Positions 10,353-18,177 of a DNA stretch of 64,000 nt are shown piece after piece (position 1 is the stretch's first letter; every line of letters starts with the position of its first letter). A program made the position numbers and the translations under genes. Below the pieces are notes generated by a model. That model was not told where the DNA came from. It ran no database searches and was given only the letters and a program-made list of their open reading frames with translations. Source of the DNA: an uncultured SAR86 cluster bacterium (GTDB lineage Bacteria > Pseudomonadota > Gammaproteobacteria > Magnimaribacterales > Magnimaribacteraceae); the NCBI GenBank assembly GCA_902628375.1, contig CACOMS010000006.1, forward strand, positions 5,200 to 69,199. The letters are read 5' to 3'.

Positions 10353-11564
10353 TTAAACCCTTGAATTAGGAAATAGTCTTAAGAAATTTTCTGAATAGAA
10401 TAAATTTTTAATATTTTCATCGTAATCCGTTAAAAATCTTTCGAATCTTCCTATGGGATCTGTTGTACCTTCAACATGAGGATAATCACTTGAGAAAAGA
10501 TAAAGCTCAGGATGTGAAGTATCAATTAGCATACCTACATCCTCATGGTGAAAAGGAGTAAATGCCATTTGCTCTATAAGCTGCTCTGATGGCTTTCTTT
10601 TTATTCCACTAAGATTTTTATCTACTCGACTCCAAGTTTTTACAACGTAATCTAAGCGCTTTAGCATTTCAGGAACCCAACCAGCTCCAAGCTCAACACT
10701 TGCCCCTCTAAGCTTAGGGAATCTTTCAAATACACCATCAAGAACCATCATAGAAATAAAAGTTTCAGGACCTTGATGCATTACCACCATATCTTTAGCC
10801 CTTACATTTTCTCCGCCACCCATCCAGTCTTTGCTAGGGGGCTTCCCATTATCTGACCAGCTCTTATCTAGTTGTAAAGGTGAACCACCAACATGCATCA
10901 AAAAGGGTATTCCTTCTTCAGATAACTTATCCCAAAAGGGGTCTAACGCCAGATGACCTGGTGATCTGTCCCCGCAAGCATAATGGGGAATCCAAATAGC
11001 CTCTAAACCAGACTTTATAGCAAAGTCTAATTCCTTCATTGCAAGTTCAGGTACATGCAAAGGTATAACTCCAACTCCCATCAATCTATTATCTTCCGAA
11101 CAAAAATCAGACATGGCCCTGTTATGAGCTCTTGTCGCCCCATACCTTAGTTCAGGAGTAACTTGAACTCCTTGTTTGTCTACGTATTTGGCTTTTCCTC
11201 TAAGATCTCTGAATGGTGTAACCACACTATGTGTTGCAAACACTAATTGTTTTTTGAATCCAAGCATATCCATAGCAATGCTTCGATCTTCACGATTAAA
11301 AGCTCCTAGAGCTTGAATTTCCTTAGATTCGGCAATTAGTCTATCGCCTAAAGCTATTTGAGCTTCTACATGCTCTTTAGTGTGCTTGCCTCCGTTTTGA
11401 ACTATGATTTCAACCTCTTCATCAGTAACCAAACTTGCTTTGTAGTTAACTGGCGGTATCAAATCTTTAAATTCTTTGTCTGCGTAATCAATTATAAAAT
11501 TTGGTAATTCCATGACATGGCTATCTGCGTCATAGAAACTTCTATTGTCTGGTGCGTAAGTCAT
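10353..11564 (-). CDS. Amidohydrolase-2 (ACMSD/LigW-like TIM-barrel) family protein
   Basis: 403 aa; N-terminal 'FYDADSHVMELP', C-terminal 'FSSDYPHVEG'; paralogue of 28127..29290. Confidence 0.75.
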   Translation of the reverse strand: MTYAPDNRSFYDADSHVMELPNFIIDYADKEFKDLIPPVNYKASLVTDEEVEIIVQNGGKHTKEHVEAQIALGDRLIAESKEIQALGAFNREDRSIAMDMLGFKKQLVFATHSVVTPFRDLRGKAKYVDKQGVQVTPELRYGATRAHNRAMSDFCSEDNRLMGVGVIPLHVPELAMKELDFAIKSGLEAIWIPHYACGDRSPGHLALDPFWDKLSEEGIPFLMHVGGSPLQLDKSWSDNGKPPSKDWMGGGENVRAKDMVVMHQGPETFISMMVLDGVFERFPKLRGASVELGAGWVPEMLKRLDYVVKTWSRVDKNLSGIKRKPSEQLIEQMAFTPFHHEDVGMLIDTSHPELYLFSSDYPHVEGTTDPIGRFERFLTDYDENIKNLFYSENFLRLFPNSRV

Positions 11565-11654
11565 AATCTCTCCCCTTAGTTATATTATCACCCATGAAGA
11601 AAGAAACTAAAGTTTTGGAGTAATTTTATAAGGAGCTAGAATAAGTTACTAAGA

Positions 11655-12263
11655 ATGGTGTTAAGTGTTACAAAATGGTTATTCGGTTTCTTGGCTGTCC
11701 TTGTGATCGTTATCCTGTTTTATGCTTTTGCACTACCAAGGCCTGCAGATACAACTGACCCCGCCATATTTATGAAGGATGGTAGGTCTCTAAACTATTG
11801 TGATTTACCTGTCCTTGATGGTTCAGGAAAATCTGCTAATGACATCCCTAAGGCGTATACGCCTGATTGTAGCTACACAAATATACCTATGCCCATTTTA
11901 GCTGAATGCACCGAACCGCTGGCAGAAGGAGTAGTCGATATGAGAGGTCTCTGGCTCGGGATTTCAGATGGAGATGAGCATCTTGAACGTATAGAGCAGT
12001 GTGGAAATAGAGTAGTTATAACAGCGTTTGGTATTATCCATGACTTTCGTGTTGATGGCACTTTGAAGAATGGTGCGAGAGATGTTGGTATAGTGTGCAA
12101 CAACTTCAATAGCGCCATACACTTTGATGAGGAGGGCGTAATGGTTTTCAGATTGTTTGACCTCTTCGATACCGTATTCAGGGAAATGCGTAACGAACAG
12201 ATGATCTTCACATTCATAAACGGTAACGAAATCAGTACTAAGAGAATCTGCCAATACCAGTAG
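11655..12263 (+). CDS. Membrane-anchored hypothetical protein with six Cys
   Basis: 202 aa; N-terminal TM 'WLFGFLAVLVIVILFYAFAL' followed by a soluble domain with 6 Cys; no family recognised; chosen over two antisense ORFs because it spans the whole gap. Confidence 0.5.
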   Translation: MVLSVTKWLFGFLAVLVIVILFYAFALPRPADTTDPAIFMKDGRSLNYCDLPVLDGSGKSANDIPKAYTPDCSYTNIPMPILAECTEPLAEGVVDMRGLWLGISDGDEHLERIEQCGNRVVITAFGIIHDFRVDGTLKNGARDVGIVCNNFNSAIHFDEEGVMVFRLFDLFDTVFREMRNEQMIFTFINGNEISTKRICQYQ

Positions 12264-12272
12264 AATACTAAT

Positions 12273-13025
12273 ATGATTAACGACTATTTAGAAAGACATT
12301 ATCCATTTGAAGGGTGTTTTAACTTTAGAGATATAGGTGGATATCTCAATCAAGATGGCAAAAGAATAAAAAAAGGTCTCTATTTCCGTGCTGGAAGACA
12401 AGATAGGATGAGTAATCAAGATCTTTCGAAGTTATCTAATCTTAAAATCTCAACTCAAATTGACTTGCGTAGACCTGATGAGGTTTTGGAGCAGGGCAAA
12501 GGTCCTTTAGAAGCTATGGGTGCCAAATATATAAATATTGCTGTTATCCCTGAAGGAGGAACTGATAAATTAAGTAGATTAGTAGGTGATACCAAAATAT
12601 CGGGTAAAAGATATTTAGGTTACTTAGAATTTGGTCCTACCACATGGCTTAGATTATTTGGAATTTTAGCTAACGAAGATAATTTGCCCGTCGTTTTGCA
12701 TTGCACAGCAGGAAAAGATCGAACTGGAGTTTCAACGGCCTTCTTATTGTCTATTTTAGGTGTAAGTCGTGAAGTTATAGAGGCAGATTATTTACTAACC
12801 AATCTTGATACAGAAAGACAAGCAGATTTCATCGAAAATACAGTTGGTTATCCAGAAGGTTATGATCGAGAAACCATGATCTCTCTTGCTGGAGTGCCTA
12901 AAGATGCCATGAAAGTTTTTTTGGATGGTTTGGAATCTAAGTGGGGTAGTGCTATCGAATATCTTGAGAAAATAGGAGTAACCCAAGAACAGATGGAAGC
13001 AATTAGGACTAATTTTCTCGAGTAG
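12273..13025 (+). CDS. Protein-tyrosine-phosphatase-fold protein (CX5R active site)
   Basis: 250 aa; P-loop 'VLHCTAGKDRTGV' (HCX5R[S/T]). Confidence 0.75.
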   Translation: MINDYLERHYPFEGCFNFRDIGGYLNQDGKRIKKGLYFRAGRQDRMSNQDLSKLSNLKISTQIDLRRPDEVLEQGKGPLEAMGAKYINIAVIPEGGTDKLSRLVGDTKISGKRYLGYLEFGPTTWLRLFGILANEDNLPVVLHCTAGKDRTGVSTAFLLSILGVSREVIEADYLLTNLDTERQADFIENTVGYPEGYDRETMISLAGVPKDAMKVFLDGLESKWGSAIEYLEKIGVTQEQMEAIRTNFLE

Positions 13026-13073
13026 AATTTAGTTTAAGGAGCATGGCGAGTATGAATAAAAAAGAGGCAATAC

Positions 13074-13988
13074 ATGAGTAATTCAATTTTTACAAAAGAC
13101 GGTACAGCTCAAGGTGTAGCCAAACAACGTTTAATTGAAACAATGGCTGGGCCTGATAAACGTGTCATAAATGATCCTTACGCTGATAGGTTTATTATGG
13201 GTGCTGGCTTAATGAAATTGATGGGACACAAACTCAATGTATGGTTAGCTGAAAAATTCGCAGTAGGTTTTCATGAACATATTATTTCACGAACGCGATT
13301 CATCGATGATCTAATTGAAAAAAGCGCTACAGAAGGAGTAGAGCAATACGTCATTCTCGGAGCAGGATATGACTCACGAGCTCATAGGCTTGAACTTCCA
13401 TCTTCTCTAAGAATTTTTGAGGTGGATCAGCCTGAAGTTCAGGATAGAAAACGTTCTAAACTTCCTAAAGGATTACCTAATTCAGAAAATGTTACTTATG
13501 TCCCTGTTGATTTTTCTCACCAATCATTAACTGAAAGACTTTTAGATTCTGGTTTTGATAAAACCAAATCCACTGTATTTACTCTTGAAGGGGTTACGCA
13601 GTACATCACCAAAGAAGCTTTTAATTCAACAATGGAAGAAATGGCTATGCTCTCTCAAGAAGCTAGTTCAATTTTTGTCTTATCCTTTGTTAATGAGCTT
13701 CTTAATAATAAACCTGAAGATTGCTTTGGTAAGGGTTATCTAGATCCTGAAAAAAAAGCTAATTTAATTAAAGACTTATCAGCAAAAGCTGCTGGCGAAC
13801 CTTGGATATCATTTTATAGCATCGAAGAATTAGAAGGCTTGCTTGCGCAAAATGGCTATTCGATAACAGAAAATGTGACTTTAGAAGACCTCAACTCTCT
13901 TTACTTTGGTCCGGTTGATAGAGCCCTCTCTGAAGATCAAATATTTAAGCTCGAACATTTTGTGATAGCAAAAACCAAAATTGAATAA
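13074..13988 (+). CDS. Class I SAM-dependent O-methyltransferase (LCMT / TIGR00027-like)
   Basis: 304 aa; 'DPYADRF', 'QYVILGAGYDSRAHR', 'FEVDQPEV', 'VFTLEGVTQYI'. Confidence 0.75.
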   Translation: MSNSIFTKDGTAQGVAKQRLIETMAGPDKRVINDPYADRFIMGAGLMKLMGHKLNVWLAEKFAVGFHEHIISRTRFIDDLIEKSATEGVEQYVILGAGYDSRAHRLELPSSLRIFEVDQPEVQDRKRSKLPKGLPNSENVTYVPVDFSHQSLTERLLDSGFDKTKSTVFTLEGVTQYITKEAFNSTMEEMAMLSQEASSIFVLSFVNELLNNKPEDCFGKGYLDPEKKANLIKDLSAKAAGEPWISFYSIEELEGLLAQNGYSITENVTLEDLNSLYFGPVDRALSEDQIFKLEHFVIAKTKIE

Positions 13989-14649
13989 AGAACTAGTAAA
14001 AAAATTAATTGCTGAGTTTATAGGCACTTCGTTCCTAGTTATGGTCGTAGTTGGTTCTGGAATTATGGCTGAAAATCTTTCCTCAAATCAATTAGACGTC
14101 CTACTAGCTAATACCATTGCAACTGGAGCTGGGCTAACTGTTCTAATTTGGATATTTATATCTACTTCAGGAGCTCACTTTAATCCTGCGGTAAGTTTCA
14201 TAATGTTTTTAAAAAAAGAATTATCGCTTAAAGAATTCAATTCTTTTATTTGTTTCCAAATAGCAGGAGGGTTAATGGGAGTAATTCTAGCCAATATAAT
14301 GTTTGGCTTAGACCCTCTACAAATATCTCAAAATGAAAGGGGTGGATTTAATATTTATTTAGGTGAATTTATAGCTACCTTTGGTTTGATAATTACTATT
14401 CTTGGAGTTAGGAATTTAAATATTCACTTAGTTGCGCCTGCTGTAGGGTTATATATTTCAGCGGGCTATTGGTTTACATCTTCTACATCCTTTGCAAATC
14501 CAGCTGTTACTTTGGCAAGAGGATTAACAGATACGTTTACTGGGATAAATCCTGAATTCATTTTGCCCTTCATTCTCTTTCAAATTATAGGTGCTTGTGT
14601 AGCGATGTTTTTGATGAAATATTTATTAACAGGAGAAATCAATGATTGA
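13981..14649 (+). CDS. MIP-family channel (aquaporin-like), atypical second NPA box
   Basis: 222 aa; 'AEFIGTSFLV', first NPA 'GAHFNPAVSF', second 'FANPAVTLARG'; TTG start overlaps the methyltransferase stop by 8 nt. Confidence 0.85.
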   Translation: MNKELVKKLIAEFIGTSFLVMVVVGSGIMAENLSSNQLDVLLANTIATGAGLTVLIWIFISTSGAHFNPAVSFIMFLKKELSLKEFNSFICFQIAGGLMGVILANIMFGLDPLQISQNERGGFNIYLGEFIATFGLIITILGVRNLNIHLVAPAVGLYISAGYWFTSSTSFANPAVTLARGLTDTFTGINPEFILPFILFQIIGACVAMFLMKYLLTGEIND

Positions 14650-14890
14650 AAATTTTTTATACTATGGACAATGGGTAATACTATTATTAAGCATACTTAG
14701 TTTATATATGGTCAGCTCTGTTAAGCATGAAACCAGACTTAATGGCTATATTCTTACTGGCATAAGCAGATTCTCAGGAGCAGCTGTTTTTATATTTGTG
14801 GATTTATTTGCCTTTGTTATAGCTAACCTGATACAAACTTTTATTGCTTTTAAAGGCTATTACAACAACAAAAAGATAGAACAAGAATGA
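14642..14890 (+). CDS. Small 3-TM membrane protein, unknown function
   Basis: 82 aa; three hydrophobic segments; ATG overlaps the MIP stop by 8 nt (ATGATTGA). Confidence 0.5.
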   Translation: MIENFLYYGQWVILLLSILSLYMVSSVKHETRLNGYILTGISRFSGAAVFIFVDLFAFVIANLIQTFIAFKGYYNNKKIEQE

Positions 14891-14909
14891 AAGATCCTAA
14901 CTTAAAGAA

Positions 14910-15539
14910 ATGAACGCTAAAGCATTAAAATTTTGGGGAGCAGGCACAGCAAGAACTCTTCGGCCTATTTGGATGGCAGAGGAGCTAGATATTGAGTATG
15001 AGTTATTTCCTATAGGCCCTCGAACGGGCGAGACCAGAACAAAGGAATATACTGATTTAAATCCAAAACAGAAAATACCTTGCATACAGGACGGGGGATT
15101 TGTTCTTTCAGAAAGCTTAAGTATTTGTAGATATCTACAAAATGTTTACCCAAGCGACTCTATAGCCATACCAAAAACCAAAGAGGATCTAGCTAGAGAA
15201 GATGAGTGGTGCAATTATATTTATGGAGAAATGGACGAGACTACACTCTATGTTATGAGACGGCATTATGATTTAACTGATATCTATGGAGAGTCTCCTG
15301 TGGTTGTTGAGGCTTGTAGAGATTATTTAGAACGTCACTTGAAAGTTGTTGATAAGCATCTAGAACAAAATAAAACCGTTTTAGAAATAGGGTTTGGTTT
15401 AGCTGATATTATGTTAGTTTCTTGTTTAGATTGGGCAATTTTTTACAATTTTGATCTAAAGGAAGCAACTAAGGATTATCATAAAAATATGATTGAAAGA
15501 CCTAATTACATTAAAGCAAAAAAAATCAACTATGCTTAG
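14910..15539 (+). CDS. Glutathione S-transferase
   Basis: 209 aa; thioredoxin-like N-domain with 'KIPCIQDGGFVLSESLSICRYL' (cis-Pro / E-S motif). Confidence 0.8.
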   Translation: MNAKALKFWGAGTARTLRPIWMAEELDIEYELFPIGPRTGETRTKEYTDLNPKQKIPCIQDGGFVLSESLSICRYLQNVYPSDSIAIPKTKEDLAREDEWCNYIYGEMDETTLYVMRRHYDLTDIYGESPVVVEACRDYLERHLKVVDKHLEQNKTVLEIGFGLADIMLVSCLDWAIFYNFDLKEATKDYHKNMIERPNYIKAKKINYA

Positions 15540-15551
15540 GAAGTTAATCTA

Positions 15552-16742
15552 ATGGGACCTTTAGAGGGAGTAAAAGTCTTAGATTTAACCTCTATGGTTT
15601 CAGGACCTATGGCAGCCATGATGCTCGCAGATCAGGGAGCAGAGGTTATTAAAATTGAACCAACTCACGGAGAACAACTTCGGCATATGGCCGCACCTCA
15701 CAATGGTGTTAATCCTGCTTTTTATTCATGCAATAGAGGAAAGAAATCTCTAGCAATTGATTTGAAATCGGAAGAGGGCAAGGAAATTTTATTAAAACTG
15801 GTTAAAGAGGCAGATGTATTTATGCAGAACTTTAGGCCAGGGGCTATAGAGAGGATGGGTTTTGGTGAAGATGTACTTAGAGAAGTAAATGAGAAGCTAA
15901 TTAATGTATCCATTAGTGGCTTTGGAACCAAAGGTCCTTATTCTAGTTCGAGAGTCTATGACCCAGTAATTCAAGCACTTTCTGGAGCAACCGATATACA
16001 AGCAGACAGAGAGACAGGAAGGCCTCAAATGTTTAGGGTAATTGTTGCCGATAAAGTGACGGCTCTCACTGCTGCACAAGCAGTATCTTCCGCTCTTTAC
16101 CAAAGGGAAAGATCAAATATTGGACAACATATAGAGCTTTCTATGCTGGAGTCCGTACTTGCTTTCTTTTGGCCTGAAGGAATGGCTGGCTTAGTTTATA
16201 AAGAAAAAGAAATGGATGTTAGAAAACTACAAGGAACACAAGATCTAATTTATAAAGCAAAAGATGGATACATAACTGCGGGGGCTGTATCCGATGCTGA
16301 ATGGCAGGGAATGTGTAATGCTTTGGAAAGACAAGATTTAATTGAAGACGAACGTTTTGCGACATCTGCAGCTAGAGTGACAAATTCAGGAGAGAGAAAA
16401 GATCTAACTGGAAAAGAGATATCAAAATGGAATAGCGAAGAGATCCTTGCAAGATTTCAGGAACAAGGAGTTCCCTGTGCTCCTTTATTAAGTCGTATGG
16501 AGCTAATGAGTCATGAACAAATATTAGCGAATGAATCAATATTAGTTTCAGACGTAGATGGGTTTGGTGAAGTCAGGCAAGCAAGACCCGCAGCACGTTT
16601 CAACGAGACACCTAGTGAAATTTCTAGACCAGCTCCAAGATTAGGCGAACACGGAAATGAGATACTTACTGAGCTTGGTTACAGCAATGAATTTCAGCAG
16701 AATTTATTTAAAGAAGGTAAATTGTTCAAGGATGAATCTTAA
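15552..16742 (+). CDS. Family III CoA-transferase (CaiB/BaiF-like)
   Basis: 396 aa; 'GPLEGVKVLDLTSMVSGPMAAMMLADQGAEVIKIEP', 'DVFMQNFRPG', 'ISGFG'. Confidence 0.85.
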   Translation: MGPLEGVKVLDLTSMVSGPMAAMMLADQGAEVIKIEPTHGEQLRHMAAPHNGVNPAFYSCNRGKKSLAIDLKSEEGKEILLKLVKEADVFMQNFRPGAIERMGFGEDVLREVNEKLINVSISGFGTKGPYSSSRVYDPVIQALSGATDIQADRETGRPQMFRVIVADKVTALTAAQAVSSALYQRERSNIGQHIELSMLESVLAFFWPEGMAGLVYKEKEMDVRKLQGTQDLIYKAKDGYITAGAVSDAEWQGMCNALERQDLIEDERFATSAARVTNSGERKDLTGKEISKWNSEEILARFQEQGVPCAPLLSRMELMSHEQILANESILVSDVDGFGEVRQARPAARFNETPSEISRPAPRLGEHGNEILTELGYSNEFQQNLFKEGKLFKDES

Positions 16743-16776
16743 ATAAAGATAGGTCTAGCGGGTTAGGAGAAAGCAT

Positions 16777-17802
16777 ATGAAATTATTTTTAAAAATTTTA
16801 GGCACACTTTGTGTATTTTTAATTATCTTTAGTTTTTATATTACTAGGGATGGAAAGATATTCACTCCAGAAGGCGAAGGAGAGATAACCTTAGATGCGG
16901 GAACTTTTGAGGCTTTTCCTTTACCTCAATATGCCCAAAAAATGATAGATGAGAACTATAAAAGTTACTTTATTGAAGTTGAACCTGGTTTAAAAGTGCA
17001 TGTACTTGAAGTAGGTGAAGGACTTCCTGTTTTCTTAATGCACGGTAATCCAACCTCTGGATTTTTGTATAGGAAAGTAGCAGCTAATTTACCTTTAGAT
17101 CAAGTTAGAGTCATTATGCCTACAAGTATTGGTTTGGGATTTTCTTCAAAGATACCAGCTAGCGACCACACTTTAGACAATCATATACGGTGGATTAATA
17201 CCGTATTAAAAGAATTGAAATTAACCGAGTTAGTTTATGCGGGTCAAGATTGGGGAGGTCCAATTGGTATGGGGGCTTTATCTCTCTCTCCAGAACTACT
17301 AAAAGGTGCTGTAATCCTAAATACAGGTTTAAATGCTCCTTCGATAAGCGTTGACCTTTCTCCAGCCCATGCAACGGTAAAAACTCCACTAGTAGGAGAG
17401 CTGATACTCGAAGTATTTGCCTCAATCTTTGAAAATTTAGCAGGAGTACAGGGAGACCCTGAATCTTGGACCGATGAATTGGTAGAGCTATATGGCAAAC
17501 CAGTTTATGACAGTGGAAATGCAAAAGCTCCTCTAGCAATGATGAGAATGGTAACTGATGGGCCAGATCACCCCAGTGCTTCAGCTTTACGCAAGATTGA
17601 AGAATATGTAAAAGGTTTAGATATTCCTGCTGAGATAGTCTGGGGAATGAATGATCCTATCCTGGCCAAGACTCTTCCTGTAATGAAAAGTAATTTTCCT
17701 GATGCTAGAGTAATAGAAACATCTGCAGGTCACTTTCTTCAAGAAGAGGTACCAGAAGAAATAGCTGAAGCCTTAATGCGAGTAATCAGTGAGGTCAAGT
17801 AG
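16777..17802 (+). CDS. Haloalkane dehalogenase-like alpha/beta hydrolase with N-terminal membrane anchor or signal
   Basis: 341 aa; 'FLMHGNPTSGFLYR', nucleophile 'AGQDWGGPIG', C-terminal 'SAGHFLQEEVPEE'; N-terminal 'LGTLCVFLIIFSFYI'. Confidence 0.7.
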   Translation: MKLFLKILGTLCVFLIIFSFYITRDGKIFTPEGEGEITLDAGTFEAFPLPQYAQKMIDENYKSYFIEVEPGLKVHVLEVGEGLPVFLMHGNPTSGFLYRKVAANLPLDQVRVIMPTSIGLGFSSKIPASDHTLDNHIRWINTVLKELKLTELVYAGQDWGGPIGMGALSLSPELLKGAVILNTGLNAPSISVDLSPAHATVKTPLVGELILEVFASIFENLAGVQGDPESWTDELVELYGKPVYDSGNAKAPLAMMRMVTDGPDHPSASALRKIEEYVKGLDIPAEIVWGMNDPILAKTLPVMKSNFPDARVIETSAGHFLQEEVPEEIAEALMRVISEVK

Positions 17803-17859
17803 ACCTTTATATAGAAGTTATTATTGATTAATAGCTAAATATAAGGACAATACAAGCCA

Positions 17860-18135
17860 ATGGGATCTCTAAAAAAGCAATTTATCCTTTTAATTGGACT
17901 ACTTTTTGTAGTTTCAATTTCTTCCCATGAATTATTGCATGATTACTATGAAGATCTTCAATATGAGTTTGAGGAAGAATGCCAGTATTGTGCTAATGAA
18001 ACTTTAGACGAACCCCAAACAACATCTTTACAAAGCAAGGTAATCAATTTTTCCTATGAAGTTAAAACTCATAAGGAAAGTCCTGCTTTACAGAAGTCAA
18101 ATAACTTTAATTCAAGAGCTCCTCCTAAAATCTAA
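17860..18135 (+). CDS. Small exported protein with HxxxH and CxxC motifs, unknown family
   Basis: 91 aa; signal-like 'LLIGLLFVVSISS', then 'HELLHDYYEDLQYEFEEECQYCANE'; 42 nt upstream of the receptor gene. Confidence 0.5.
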   Translation: MGSLKKQFILLIGLLFVVSISSHELLHDYYEDLQYEFEEECQYCANETLDEPQTTSLQSKVINFSYEVKTHKESPALQKSNNFNSRAPPKI

Positions 18136-18177
18136 ATTTTTCTTTTTTTTAAAATTTAAAATTTATTAGGAGGTAGT

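Noticed and set aside
11873-12254. Two minus-strand ORFs (114 and 96 aa) opposite the 202-aa hypothetical gene
   Set aside because: They are mutually overlapping and fragmentary. The plus-strand ORF fills the whole intergenic space, has a plausible TM anchor and fits the co-directional operon. This is still the least certain strand choice in the window.
17803-17859. Possible Fur/Zur box upstream of the small-protein/receptor pair (GTTATTATTGATTAATAGC)
   Set aside because: It is an AT-rich partial dyad only. By eye it matches neither the GATAATGATAATCATTATC Fur consensus nor the TGTTATAWTATAACA-type Zur consensus well enough. A genome-wide motif model would be needed.
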